Positions 1 to 10,603 of a stretch of 64,000 nucleotides of DNA are shown here, piece after piece; position 1 is the first letter of the stretch, and every line of letters starts with the position of its first letter. This DNA is from an uncultured Ruficoccus sp. (lineage in GTDB: Bacteria; Verrucomicrobiota; Verrucomicrobiia; Opitutales; Cerasicoccaceae), in contig OZ223481.1 in assembly GCA_965140785.1 (NCBI GenBank), positions 640,001 to 704,000 on the forward strand. Direction: 5' to 3'. Position numbers and translations under genes: made by a program. The notes beneath the pieces were generated by a model, which saw only the letters and a list, made by a program, of their open reading frames with translations, made no database searches and was not told the DNA's origin.

Positions 1-845
1 ACGGCGAAGCGGGCGCGCTTGAGCCCGCGGTCGGTTACGCCGAGATTGCGGACCATGGAGGTTTGCAGGTAGTAGGCTGCCAGGACGTTCCAGGTGTCGT
101 TTTTATTACCCGGATAGCTCTTGCGGGCCGAGGCGGTGAGGGAGGAACTGCTGGTCGAAGGCTGGTAGGGCGGAGTCATGGCAAAGGTTTCCACCCCGCT
201 GACCCGGGAGTCGCCCACCGAGTTAAAATGCAGGCTAATGAAGAAGTCGGCATCGACGCGGTTGGCGATGGCGGGGCGGCCTTCGAGCGGAATAAAAGTA
301 TCCGTTTCGCGCGTGAGGTGGACCCGGTAGCCATAGGTTTCGAGCTTGCGCTTGAGGCGCTGGGCCACATCGAGGGTGAGGGTCTTCTCGTTCACGCCCC
401 GGTACTTGTTTTGGGCGCCGGGGTCCTTGCCGCCGTGGCCGGGATCGATGACGATACGGTAGAGCTTGGGAACGGGCTCGAACTGCGTCGGCGTCAGCAG
501 CGGGCGGATGGTGGCGTCGTAGTCGCGTTTGGCCATCATCAGCTGCCCGCGGTTGGAGGCCACGGGGAAACCGAGGTAGATGCGCTCGCCGTTGAGGGTG
601 AGCCAACGCTTGTGAAGGGTGAAGCCGATCGCCGTCCACTGGCTTTTCAACTGGAGCTCCTCGCCGCTTTTGATCCAGTTGGTGCCCATGCCGAGCTGGC
701 TGGCGATGGTGTCCAGCGAGAGGTAAGTGGTGCCGTTGATGGTGGCCTGAGCGGCGTTCGCCCTGGGCAGCAGGGGGCCTACGATCAGGGAAAGCAACAG
801 CAGGAGCAGAACCGGGGGCCGGGAGCGTGTAGGCAGTTTACTCAT
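1..845 (-). CDS. N-acetylmuramoyl-L-alanine amidase (Amidase_3), 3' end runs off the window
   Basis: Not in the ORF track. Manual translation from ATG at 845 gives a signal peptide, then IVIDPGHGGKDPGA...EKTLTLDVA...LTRETDTFIPLEGRPAIAN...DFFISLHFNS, the zinc-amidase motifs. Confidence 0.9.
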   Translation of the reverse strand, partial: MSKLPTRSRPPVLLLLLLSLIVGPLLPRANAAQATINGTTYLSLDTIASQLGMGTNWIKSGEELQLKSQWTAIGFTLHKRWLTLNGERIYLGFPVASNRGQLMMAKRDYDATIRPLLTPTQFEPVPKLYRIVIDPGHGGKDPGAQNKYRGVNEKTLTLDVAQRLKRKLETYGYRVHLTRETDTFIPLEGRPAIANRVDADFFISLHFNSVGDSRVSGVETFAMTPPYQPSTSSSSLTASARKSYPGNKNDTWNVLAAYYLQTSMVRNLGVTDRGLKRARFA

Positions 846-979
846 GTCACAGTCGGGGCCGTATTGTTGCCACGTCCACCGGCCCGAGCCGAGACAATTT
901 CGTGCCCGCCGGGCGGTTCACGGATTGCAAACGGCTGTAGCACCCGGTGCGGGTGCGTTAACTCCGGGGCCGGGAACGA

Positions 980-1633
980 TTATTCCTCGGTGTCGTCCTC
1001 ATCCTCGTCGTCGTCGTCATCGTCGATGTCGACGTTGTACTTGAGCTTGCGCTTGTTCGCAGGCAAGGGCGACATGGTGAGCGTAATGTTCCGGCCGACG
1101 AGCTTGGCAGGCGCATCGGGGTTGGCGATGTGCGAGAGATCCTCTACGGCGCGCTTGATTACGTCAAAGCCCAAGTCCTTATGTTCCATTTCACGTCCAC
1201 GGAACATGAGGGTCATCTTGAGCTTGGAGCCCTTGGCCAGGAATTTCTCCCCGCGCTTGATCTTGGTCATGTAGTCATGCTCCTCGATGCGGACGCGGAA
1301 CTTGACCTCCTTGAGCTTGCTGGAGGAGTTGTTGGACTTGGCCTTGCTCTCCTTCTCCTTCTTGCTCTGCTCGTACATGTACTTGCCGTAGTCGAGAATA
1401 CGGCAGACCGGCGGGCGGGCAGAGGGGGAGATCTCGATCAGGTCGAGCCCGTTGTTCTGGGCAAGAGCGAGGGCTTCACGCGTCTGCATGACCCCGATCT
1501 GCTTGCCATCGGGGCCGATGACACGAATTTCCGGTACACGGATGCGCTCGTTTTTACGAGGTCCCCGGTTGTGGTTATGGCGGCGGCGTCCACCTGGACG
1601 GCGACCACCTCCTGAAAACGGCATGTTACCCAT
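980..1633 (-). CDS. infC: translation initiation factor IF-3
   Basis: [22 protein letters not shown]...[35 protein letters not shown]. Confidence 0.97.
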   Translation of the reverse strand: MGNMPFSGGGRRPGGRRRHNHNRGPRKNERIRVPEIRVIGPDGKQIGVMQTREALALAQNNGLDLIEISPSARPPVCRILDYGKYMYEQSKKEKESKAKSNNSSSKLKEVKFRVRIEEHDYMTKIKRGEKFLAKGSKLKMTLMFRGREMEHKDLGFDVIKRAVEDLSHIANPDAPAKLVGRNITLTMSPLPANKRKLKYNVDIDDDDDDEDEDDTEE

Positions 1634-1891
1634 TACGAATCGAGTTGCCGTGAAGACGCGGCAGGCCCTTCACAAGTGGGCGCGGGGTCTGTGATGTGTG
1701 GAACCTTGTTGTTCAGCATAAATTGAATCAAATACGAAACTAAGCACAGAGTGTGCAACTTTCAATACTTTTTCCCGGAGCGTTTGGTAACAAAATCATG
1801 GCGGGCAAGGGGACCGGCTCGCCGTCCTCGAGAACGGCGCGGAACCGGTGTGCGCGGCAGAGGATTTATATCCGGTGGCTCTGAGGCGGGC

Positions 1892-3064
1892 TCAGGCGTC
1901 TAGGGGGGCGTCCACCTCCACGTCGGCCTCGTAATCCACGCCTTCGTAGCCGAAGCCGAAGAGCTTGAGGAAGTCGCTCTGGTACCCGGCGAAGTCGGAA
2001 ACGGTTTCGAGGTTTTCCGTGGTGACGGTCGGCCAGACGGCCTGGACGGCTTCCTGCACCTCGGGCTTCATCTCCCAGTCGTCGAGGCGGATGCGGTTCT
2101 CCGCGTCGGTCTCGGGCTGGCCGTTGCGATACTTTTGGGCGAAGAGGCGGACCATCTGCTCGATGCAGCCCTCGTGCAGGCCCTTTTCCTTCATCACCTT
2201 GAACAGGATCGAGACGTAGAGCGGGACGACCGGGATGGCCGAGCTGGCCTGGGTGACGACGGCCTTGTTGATGGCGACCCAGGCGGGGATGCCTTTTTCA
2301 GTCAGGGTGCCGGCGGTGTTTTCGAGATGTTCCTTGGCTTTGCCGATGGTGCCGCTGCGGTAGATCGGATGGGTGACTTCCGGTCCGATGTAGGAATAGG
2401 CGAGGGTGGCAGCGCCGTCGGCGAGCACGCCGGCTTCCTTCAGGGCGTCCATCCACAGGACCCAGTCTTCGCCGCCCATGACCTTAACTGTGTCGGCGAT
2501 TTCCTCCTCGGAGGCCGGTTCGATGACCTGCTCGCCGATGAGTTTTTTATCGGTGTCGAGGGTCTTGGCGGTAAAGGGGAAGCCCACGGGCTTGAGGACG
2601 GACTTGTAAATCTCGTCCGTGTCGGGGTCGGTGCGGCGGGGGGAGGCCAGGCTGTAAATGACCAGATCGACCTGCCCGAGCTTTTCGCGGATCATGTCGA
2701 TGGCCTTCTGCTTGATCTCATGGGAAAAGGCGTCGCCGTTGATGTTGCCGGCGAAGAGGCCCTTGGCCTCGGCGGCCTCGGTGAAGGCGGCGGTGTTGTA
2801 CCAGCCAGCGCTGGCGGGGCGGCCATTGGAGCTGGGACGCTCGAAGAACACCCCGACCGTGTCCGCGCCGAAGCCGAAGGCCGACACGATGCGCGAGGAA
2901 AGTCCGTAACCGGTGGAGGAGCCCACGACCAGCACGCGCTTGGGGCCGCCCTCGATGGCGCCCTGGCTGACGACGTGATCGATCTCTTCCTGCACGTGTG
3001 CGGCGCAACCGGCGGGGTGAGAGGTGATGCAGACAAATCCGCGTATTTTCGGCTTAATGACCAT
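1892..3064 (-). CDS. fabV: enoyl-ACP / trans-2-enoyl-CoA reductase FabV
   Basis: KPKIRGFVCITSHPAGC, GPKRVLVVGSSTGYGLSSRI, YSLASPRR, KVMGGEDW, VVTQASSAIPVVPLY. Confidence 0.95.
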   Translation of the reverse strand: MVIKPKIRGFVCITSHPAGCAAHVQEEIDHVVSQGAIEGGPKRVLVVGSSTGYGLSSRIVSAFGFGADTVGVFFERPSSNGRPASAGWYNTAAFTEAAEAKGLFAGNINGDAFSHEIKQKAIDMIREKLGQVDLVIYSLASPRRTDPDTDEIYKSVLKPVGFPFTAKTLDTDKKLIGEQVIEPASEEEIADTVKVMGGEDWVLWMDALKEAGVLADGAATLAYSYIGPEVTHPIYRSGTIGKAKEHLENTAGTLTEKGIPAWVAINKAVVTQASSAIPVVPLYVSILFKVMKEKGLHEGCIEQMVRLFAQKYRNGQPETDAENRIRLDDWEMKPEVQEAVQAVWPTVTTENLETVSDFAGYQSDFLKLFGFGYEGVDYEADVEVDAPLDA

Positions 3065-3171
3065 GGGGCGCAGTAAACCACTATTTACCCGGGGTAATCA
3101 CGCCTTTTTTTCCGGGACGTGACTAAAAAAGCCGTGCCCTCCCCCCCGGCTGCCGCCATGCTCCTGACTCC

Positions 3172-3831
3172 ATGGCAAGCCTGCAAGGAGCACTTTTTGA
3201 CTGGGACGGGGTCGTTATCGACTCGTCCGCCGCCCACGAACGGAGCTGGGACCTCCTGGCCGAGGAGGAAAAACGCCCGTTGCCGCCGGGGCACTTCAAG
3301 CGCGGATTCGGGCGCAAAAACACCGTCATCATCCCCGACATCCTCGGGTGGACGAGCGACCCGAAGGAGATCGCCCGCCTCGACGCCCGCAAGGAGGAGC
3401 TCTACCGCGAGATCATCCGCGAGCGAGGGATCGAGCCGCTGCCCGGCGTGCGGGAGCTGCTCCAGGGGCTGAAGGAGGCGGGCATTCCGTGTTGCGTCGG
3501 CACCTCCTCCTCGCGCGAGAATATCGAGACGATCATGGACATCGCCGACCTGCGGGAGTTTTTTGCCGACATCACCAGTGCCGAGGACGTCTCCCAGGGC
3601 AAGCCGGACCCGGAGGTCTTCGTCAAGGCGGCGCAGAAAATCCACCGCCAGCCGGAGGACTGCGTGGTCTTCGAGGACGCCATCCACGGCATCGAGGCCG
3701 GGCTGGCGGGTGGCATGAAAGTCGTGGCCGTCGCCACCACGAACAAACTCGAAGACCTCGGCATCGCCGATCTCGCCGTTGATCGCCTGACCGAGGTGGA
3801 TGTGGCGCGGTTACGCGAACTGTTTCAGTAA
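3172..3831 (+). CDS. HAD-superfamily phosphatase (beta-phosphoglucomutase-like)
   Basis: FDWDGVVIDS motif I, GKPDPEVF, VFEDAIHGIEAG. Confidence 0.9.
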   Translation: MASLQGALFDWDGVVIDSSAAHERSWDLLAEEEKRPLPPGHFKRGFGRKNTVIIPDILGWTSDPKEIARLDARKEELYREIIRERGIEPLPGVRELLQGLKEAGIPCCVGTSSSRENIETIMDIADLREFFADITSAEDVSQGKPDPEVFVKAAQKIHRQPEDCVVFEDAIHGIEAGLAGGMKVVAVATTNKLEDLGIADLAVDRLTEVDVARLRELFQ

Positions 3832-3840
3832 GGGAGAATC

Positions 3841-4713
3841 TCAGACCAGCGGCTTGCCCTTTTTCCTCCGCCTGCGCAGGTCGCGCAACATCAGGCTCAG
3901 GAACAGGCCCCGGACGGCGAGCGGGAGGAGGCGGTTCATGAAGCCGAAGAACCGCATCAGCCGGTCGAAGTGTCTCTGTCGGCGTGCGTCCCAGGGCAGG
4001 CGCATTTTTTCTCGCACCTGAGGCGGGAGGAAGCCGGTCGTGACGAAGCGGTTGAAGCGCCCGAAAAGCCCGCTCAGAGGCCTTCCGAGAAACTCCAGCC
4101 CGGCGATGCGCAGGAGAAAGGCGCGCAGGGTCTCGTCGATAGTAAAGGCATTCAGGTTTTTTTCCCAGTAGGCCTCGAAGGCGTCCAGACTCGGGTGCCA
4201 GCGCTCCGGCGGCACTTGTAAGGTGGTGGCCAGGGGTTCGGACATTTTTAATAGCTTTTCGGTGTCGGCGCGGCTGGGCTCGCCGCGCAGCTTGCTCCAG
4301 ACATCGCGGAAGCCGTAGTACAGGCAGCTCGCCACCCACAATTGCAGTTCCGGGTCGAAGGCGTTGTAGCGCACGGGGGACTTTTCGGTGGAGCGCACCT
4401 GCTCGTGCGAGCGGTCCACGGCGGCGCGGTAGGCGAGTTTTTCCTCCGCCGTACCGGCCATGGCCACGGCCAGATAGGTAAAGGTCGTCCGCCCGCGCTT
4501 GTAGGGGTGGACGAAGACGTTGCCACTGCGCACGGTGCTTTCCTTGACCCCGTAGCCGACTGCGGGGTTGGAGAGTTGGAGGATGATGTTGGCCGCCCCC
4601 GAGAGCGTCGAGACGTTGTCGAAGAGGCCGGGGAAATGCCGCTCCCACTCCTGCAGGCTCGGCGAGTCGCCAGGCTGGTGAAGGTCGGCGGGGTGCGGTC
4701 CGGCGTCGTTCAT
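3841..4713 (-). CDS. MpaB/DUF2236-family oxygenase-like protein
   Basis: GAANIILQLSNPAVGYGV..S, HPYKRGRTTFTYLAVA, H..V....SPVRYNAFDPELQLWVASCLY; start chosen at ATG 4713. Confidence 0.8.
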   Translation of the reverse strand: MNDAGPHPADLHQPGDSPSLQEWERHFPGLFDNVSTLSGAANIILQLSNPAVGYGVKESTVRSGNVFVHPYKRGRTTFTYLAVAMAGTAEEKLAYRAAVDRSHEQVRSTEKSPVRYNAFDPELQLWVASCLYYGFRDVWSKLRGEPSRADTEKLLKMSEPLATTLQVPPERWHPSLDAFEAYWEKNLNAFTIDETLRAFLLRIAGLEFLGRPLSGLFGRFNRFVTTGFLPPQVREKMRLPWDARRQRHFDRLMRFFGFMNRLLPLAVRGLFLSLMLRDLRRRRKKGKPLV

Positions 4714-4852
4714 GGTTGGTTGCTGTTGTCGGGGAGGGCTTGCGGATGGGCGGACCCGAGTAGGGAAAGCGTAAGGCGGGAGGCGGGGCGGATTCAACCT
4801 TCGTTTGGGGATGCTGACTTGCGGCGGGGCGGAGTTGGCTGCATGGTAGGGC

Positions 4853-6895
4853 GTGCGTTTTGAACTGGCATCCGAGTATCAGCCGATGGGCGACCAGCCG
4901 GCGGCTATTGACAAGCTCACCCGCTCGATCCAGGCGGGCAACCCCTATCAGACGCTGCTCGGGGTGACCGGCTCGGGAAAGACCTTTACCGTGGCCAATG
5001 TGATTGAGCGCGTCCAGCGGCCCACGCTGCTGATCTCGCACAACAAGACCCTGGCCGCGCAGCTGTACTCCGAGCTGAAGGCGTTCTTTCCCAATAACGC
5101 GGTCGAGTACTTCGTCAGCTATTACGACTACTACCAGCCCGAAGCCTACGTGCCCTCGAGCGACACGTATATCGAAAAGGATTCCTCCATCAACGAGGAG
5201 ATCGAGCGCCTGCGCATCGCCGCGACCAGCTCCCTCATCAGCCGCCGCGACGTGATCGTGGTGGCGAGCGTCTCGTGTATTTACGGCCTGGGCTCGCCGG
5301 AGGATTTTGAGGAGATGATGATTCCGATCCGCGTGGGCGAGGAGCTCGGGCGCGACCACTTCCTGGAGCGGCTGGTGGAGAATCTCTACACGCGCAACGA
5401 TGTCGTTCTGTCGCGGGGAAACTTCCGCGTGCGCGGCGAGGTGGTGGATGTTTTTCCGGCCTACATGGAGAGCGCCATCCGGATCGAGTTCTGGGGCGAC
5501 GAGGTGGAGTCGGTTTCTGCGCTGGACCCGCTCACGGGCGATACCGGCGAGCGGATGGAGCACTTCCAGCTCTACCCGGCCAACCAGTACATCACGCCGC
5601 GCCGCAAGCTCGAAACCGCCGTCAAGGCCATCCGCGCGGAGTTGGACGGGCGGATTGACCGAGCTGGAGAAAACCCAGAGGCTGGTCGAGGCGCAGCGCC
5701 TGCGTATGCGCACCGAGTACGATATCGAGCTGTTGCAGGAGATGGGCTTTTGCAGTGGGATCGAGAACTACTCGCGCCACCTCAGTGGGCGTAATCCCGG
5801 CGACCGACCCTGGTGCCTGATCGACTTTTTCCCGGACGACTTTCTACTCGTGCTCGATGAAAGCCACGCCACCTGGCCGCAGATCGGCGCGATGTACAAG
5901 GGCGACCGTTCGCGCAAGGAGCGGCTGGTCGAGTACGGGTTTCGGCTGCCCTCGGCGCTGGACAACCGCCCTTTGCAGGACAGCGGAATTTCAGGAGGTG
6001 ACCGGACAGACCATTTTTGTCTCGGCCACGCCCGCTGCTTACGAGCTGGAAAACTCCAGCGTCATCGCCGAGCAGGTGATCCGCCCCACCGGCCTGCTTG
6101 ATCCCGGTGATGGAGGTCCGCCCGATCAAGGGCCAGGTCGAGCATCTCATCGGCGAGGTGAAAAATGCCGTCCGAACGGGGCGAGCGCGTGCTCGTGACG
6201 ACGCTGACCAAGCGCATGTCCGAGGACTTGACCACGTATTTGCGTGAATCCGGGGTGCGCGTGGAGTACCTGCACTCGGATATTGACGCGATCGAGCGGG
6301 TGGAGATTTTACGCAATTTGCGGCGGGGGGACTTCGACGTGTTGGTGGGGGTCAACCTCCTGCGCGAGGGGCTCGACTTGCCCGAGGTTTCGCTGGTGGC
6401 GATTCTCGATGCGGACAAGGAAGGCTTCCTGCGCAGTCGAGACGAGTCTGATTCAGACCTGCCGGTCGGGCGGCCCGCCATGAAAAGAGGCCGAGTGATT
6501 CTCTACGCCAATGTGATGAACGACTCCCTGCGGCGTACCCTGGAGGTGACAGAGAAAGCGCCGGGCTAGACAGGCTGCTTACAATGCCGAGCACGGTATT
6601 ACACCGCGGTCAGTTAAACGCGGCCTTCAGGCCAGCCTTGCATGTGCCCGGGGGCAAGGGCGAAGACGTTGACGTGGTCAATGTGGCGGAGGCCGGTGGC
6701 GACGAGGACGTGGCCGTGGTGCTGGCGGAGCTGGAGACCGAGATGCTGGAGGCGGCCGGGAATCTGGAGTTTGAGCGTGCCGCCGTGCTGCGTGACCAGA
6801 TTGACGCGCTCAAAAGCGGGGAGGCCAAGGGCGGCTTCTCCAAAAAGCGTCGGAAGTCTTCCTCGCGCGGTAAAAGATCTTCCAGGAAACGCTAG
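4853..6895 (+). CDS. uvrB: excinuclease ABC subunit B, split by multiple frameshifts (probable sequencing errors; pseudogene not excluded)
   Basis: [80 protein letters not shown] and the C-terminal UVR domain ([13 protein letters not shown]) fall in successive reading frames. Confidence 0.93.
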
Positions 6896-6963
6896 TTATT
6901 TGTGGCCAAGGAGTTGTCTTTGAGGAACATGCCTTCCTGCTGGCAATCAGCTTGGATAAAAAA

Positions 6964-6996
6964 AAACAGGCGGACAAATGAATTGTCCGCCTGTTT
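6964..6996. terminator. intrinsic terminator-like hairpin after uvrB
   Basis: AAACAGGCGGACAA-ATGAA-TTGTCCGCCTGTTT perfect 14-bp stem preceded by an A-run, between convergent genes. Confidence 0.75.
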
Positions 6997-7220
6997 GCTG
7001 ATCAAAAACAGAAAGCCTGTTTTTCAACAGATAGAAAATCGGTGTAGTGGAAGGCGTTTTGGCCGGAAACGGGCTCAAATCGCCTTGGCTCTAACTGGAC
7101 TCCATCGCGCACGCAAACGATGGACCCAATTATGTTGTTACCCTTTCGGGCTTGGTAATAGCGCAACCTGATTCGAGAATGCCAGTTGCGATATTGGTGA
7201 TAAACTCGCCTTAACGAGTG

Positions 7221-7433
7221 CTATTTTTTGCGGGCTGTCTTAAACGCTGCTGCTGGTTCGCTAGCAACGATGCCGTCCGCGAGTCTTTCGAGGTGAGTCG
7301 CAATGAAGTTGGAACGATTGCGATTCTCCTCATCCGCGAGCTTGTCGATACGCTCGACCAAGTTCTGCGGTAGACTGATGGAGATTTGAGTTTTTCCGGG
7401 CGCACGCCCGTGGTTTTGTTTTCTTTGTGCCAT
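7221..7433 (-). CDS. small ribbon-helix-helix (CopG/MetJ/NikR-like) DNA-binding protein
   Basis: TQISISLPQNLVERIDKLADEENRNRSNFI fits the RHH strand-helix-helix pattern. Confidence 0.8.
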   Translation of the reverse strand: MAQRKQNHGRAPGKTQISISLPQNLVERIDKLADEENRNRSNFIATHLERLADGIVASEPAAAFKTARKK

Positions 7434-7600
7434 ATGCAGTGTGCTTATTGATAAACCTTTATCTATTATACCGGCGGAAATGATTTTCAACAAAAATATC
7501 ATTCCTGTCGTATCTAATAGGATACGGGTTATCGCGGAATGTTCCGATTGCCATTCAACTGATGCTTACATCGGTAAGCATCAGTACGGACAGTTTATAA

Positions 7601-8476
7601 CTAACCTTTATAGATTTCAAGCAAGGTGTCGGCGATTTCCGACGGGGTCGGCGCGACAGCGATGCCTGCATCCTTGAGGGCAGCGATTTTTGTGTCCGCC
7701 GATCCGCTACTACCAGATACGATAGCGCCCGCGTGGCCCATACGGCGTCCGGGGGGAGCTGTCGTACCCGCGATGAACGCGGCGACGGGTTTGTTTACAT
7801 TGGCCTTGATGTAGGCAGCGGCTTCTTCTTCCGCGCTACCTCCGATTTCTCCGATGAGAATAATGGCGTCCGTTTCCGGATCGTCATTAAAGAGTTTGAC
7901 CGCATCGAGGTGGCTGGTGCCGTTGACGGGGTCGCCGCCGATGCCGATGCAGGTGCTCTGGCCGTGACCGCGCACGGTGAGCTGGTACATAGCCTCATAG
8001 GTGAGGGTGCCCGAGCGGCTGACTACGCCGACCCGGCCGGGTTGGGCGATGTAGCCGGGCATGATACCGATATTGCAGATGCCGGGGGTCATGATGCCGG
8101 GGCAATTCGGGCCGATGAGGCGCGTTTTGCTCTTTCTCAGGGCGTCTTTGACCAGGGTCATGTCGCGCACCGGGATACCCTCGGTGATGCAGATGACCGT
8201 CTCGATCCCGGCGGCGATGGCCTCCAGGATGGAGTCGGCGGCGAAGGGCGGCGGCACGAAAATGACCGAGGTGTTGGCCCCTTCCTTGTCGACGGCATCC
8301 TGAACCGTGTTAAAGATCGGGAGTTTGTCTTCCCAGGTGGTGCCGCCCTTTCCCGGCGTGACGGCAGCCACATAGTTGGTGCCGTAGGCGATGTTGTTCA
8401 GGGCGTGCAGGGTGCCGGCCTTACCGGTAATTCCCTGCCCGACCACGCGGGTGTCTTTTCCGACGAGAACGCTCAT
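7601..8476 (-). CDS. sucD: succinyl-CoA ligase alpha subunit
   Basis: [36 protein letters not shown]. Confidence 0.98.
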   Translation of the reverse strand: MSVLVGKDTRVVGQGITGKAGTLHALNNIAYGTNYVAAVTPGKGGTTWEDKLPIFNTVQDAVDKEGANTSVIFVPPPFAADSILEAIAAGIETVICITEGIPVRDMTLVKDALRKSKTRLIGPNCPGIMTPGICNIGIMPGYIAQPGRVGVVSRSGTLTYEAMYQLTVRGHGQSTCIGIGGDPVNGTSHLDAVKLFNDDPETDAIILIGEIGGSAEEEAAAYIKANVNKPVAAFIAGTTAPPGRRMGHAGAIVSGSSGSADTKIAALKDAGIAVAPTPSEIADTLLEIYKG

Positions 8477-8524
8477 TGTACCAAATAGACAGTAAAAAGT
8501 TAAAAAATGGTTAGGTCGCCTGCT

Positions 8525-9712
8525 TTACTTTTTGGCGAGTTCGACGATTTTCTTGGCCGCGTCGGCCAGGGAGTCGGCGGAGGTCAGCTTGAGGCCGCTT
8601 TCGTCGAGGAGCTTCTTGCCCTCCTTGACTTCGTTGCCTTCGAGGCGGACGACCAGCGGGACGTTCAGATCGACGTTTTTGGCCGCGCCGATGATGCCCA
8701 GGGCGATGGTCTTGCAGCTCATGATGCCGCCGAAGATGTTGACCAGGATGCCCTCGACGTTCGGGTCGCTGAGGATGATGCGGAAGGCCTCGGTGACCTG
8801 CTGCTCATTGGCGCCGCCGCCGACATCGAGGAAGTTGGCCGGGTTGCCGCCGAAGTGTTTGATGATGTCCATCGTGGCCATGGCCAGGCCCGCGCCGTTG
8901 ACGAGGCAGGCGATGTTGCCGTCCAGGGCGATGTAGCTGAGGCCGAACTTGGAGGCTTCGATCTCCTTGGGGTCCTCTTCGCCGAGGTCGCGCAGGGCCT
9001 CGATCTCGGGATGGCGGTAGAGGGCGTTGCTGTCGAAGTTGACCTTGGCGTCGAGCGCTTCGACGTCGCCGTCGACCGTGGTGATGAGCGGGTTGATCTC
9101 GACCAGCGAGCAGTCTTTTTCCCAGAAAAAGTTGTAGAGCCCGGTCAGGAGCTTGTCCATCTGCTTGAGCTGCTCCTTGGTGGTGAGGCCCAGGGCGAAG
9201 GCCACGGCGCGCTTGTGGTGGGGCATCAGGCCGCCCGCCGGATCGACGTGGACGCGGGTGATCTTCTCGGGCGTCTCTTCGGCGACCTTCTCGATATCCA
9301 TGCCGCCCTCGGTCGAGGCGATGAAGACCGGCTGCGAGTTCTCGCGGTCTAGCAGAATCGCCAAGTAGTACTCCTTGGCGATCTTGCTGGCTTCGGTGAA
9401 ATAGACGGTCTTGACCTCGCGACCCTTGGGGCCGGTCTGGTGCGTGACCAGAGTGTTGCCCAGCATGGCCTTGCCGGCTTCAAAGGCGGCCTCCTTGCTG
9501 TCGAGGACCTTGACGCCGCCCTTGTAACCGTCGGTAAAGGTGCCTTTACCGCGTCCACCGGCATGGATCTGTGACTTAACGACGATTTTCTCGCCGGTCA
9601 CGCTGTCGATCGCCGCCTGGAATTCATCTACACTCTGAACCGCTTTACCTGCCGGCACCGGGATGCCGTACTCGGTAAACAGTTCCTTGGCCTGATATTC
9701 ATGAATATTCAT
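8525..9712 (-). CDS. sucC: succinyl-CoA ligase beta subunit
   Basis: [50 protein letters not shown]. Confidence 0.98.
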   Translation of the reverse strand: MNIHEYQAKELFTEYGIPVPAGKAVQSVDEFQAAIDSVTGEKIVVKSQIHAGGRGKGTFTDGYKGGVKVLDSKEAAFEAGKAMLGNTLVTHQTGPKGREVKTVYFTEASKIAKEYYLAILLDRENSQPVFIASTEGGMDIEKVAEETPEKITRVHVDPAGGLMPHHKRAVAFALGLTTKEQLKQMDKLLTGLYNFFWEKDCSLVEINPLITTVDGDVEALDAKVNFDSNALYRHPEIEALRDLGEEDPKEIEASKFGLSYIALDGNIACLVNGAGLAMATMDIIKHFGGNPANFLDVGGGANEQQVTEAFRIILSDPNVEGILVNIFGGIMSCKTIALGIIGAAKNVDLNVPLVVRLEGNEVKEGKKLLDESGLKLTSADSLADAAKKIVELAKK

Positions 9713-9799
9713 GTTGTGTACTGTGCTGTTATCACATGACGGGCGATTGATCCGTCATGGCAACCAATTTTTTTGCGATTGCAGGTATTAGAAGCACTC

Positions 9800-10531
9800 T
9801 TAACCGAGCACTTCAGCTTGACTGGCCGTAATCTGCGCGACGCCGTGTTTCCCCAGTTCCAGCAGACGGGCCAGCTGGTCGGACGAGAAGGTAGCTTCCT
9901 CGCCCGTGCCCTGCACTTCTACGTACTCCCCGCCGCCGGTCATGACAATGTTAAAGTCCACCGAGGCCTCGCGGTCTTCGTGGTAGTTGAGGTCGAGGAT
10001 CTCCAGTTCGTGGAAAATGCCTACGCTGACCGCCGCCACCGAGTCGCGGAAGGGGCTCTCGGCCAGAACGCCGTCGGCCATCAGGGTGCGCACGGCGAGC
10101 TGGGAGGCCACGTAGGCCCCGGAAATGGAAGCGGTGCGGGTGCCGCCGTCGGCCTGGAGCACATCACAGTCGATCCACAGGGTGTAGCCGGGGAGCTTTT
10201 TCAAGTCCACTACGGCGCGCATGGAGCGTCCGATCAGGCGCTGGATCTCGACCGAGCGTCCGTCGAGCCTGCCCTTGGAAATGTCGCGCTTCTTGCGGTC
10301 GTGGGTGGAGTAGGGGAGCATGGAGTACTCCGCTGTGATCCAGCCGCCCTCGACGCCCTGCTCGCGCATCCAGCCGGGGACGCGTTTCTCCAGCGTGGCC
10401 GCGCAGATGACCCGCGTGTTGCCGTAGCTGGCCAGCACGGACCCGGTGGCGTGGGGGGCGAAGCCCGGTTCAAAGGACAAAGGACGCAGCTGGTCCGCCA
10501 GCCGGCCGTCGAGACGTTTTTCTAAAGACAT
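9800..10531 (-). CDS. rph: ribonuclease PH
   Basis: GWITAEYSMLP, EIQRLIGRSMR, DCDVLQADGGTRTASI. Confidence 0.97.
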   Translation of the reverse strand: MSLEKRLDGRLADQLRPLSFEPGFAPHATGSVLASYGNTRVICAATLEKRVPGWMREQGVEGGWITAEYSMLPYSTHDRKKRDISKGRLDGRSVEIQRLIGRSMRAVVDLKKLPGYTLWIDCDVLQADGGTRTASISGAYVASQLAVRTLMADGVLAESPFRDSVAAVSVGIFHELEILDLNYHEDREASVDFNIVMTGGGEYVEVQGTGEEATFSSDQLARLLELGKHGVAQITASQAEVLG

Positions 10532-10603
10532 ACGCCGCTCAGCATGGGGACCGGCACCGATTGGGCAACGGGAAAGCGTTACTTCGGCCTCAACAGATCG
10601 GTT

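Noticed and set aside
63..1274. Long antisense ORFs (e.g. 63-1274, 3623-5713, 20584-22467, 26268-28319, 39112-40923, 61633-62970)
   Set aside because: Shadow frames of well-supported genes on the opposite strand, common in high-GC DNA; no recognisable motifs.
4853..6895. Programmed frameshifting or phase variation in uvrB and the other broken genes
   Set aside because: Too many, almost all +1, with no long homopolymer tracts or slippery-site/stimulator pattern; sequencing error is more parsimonious.
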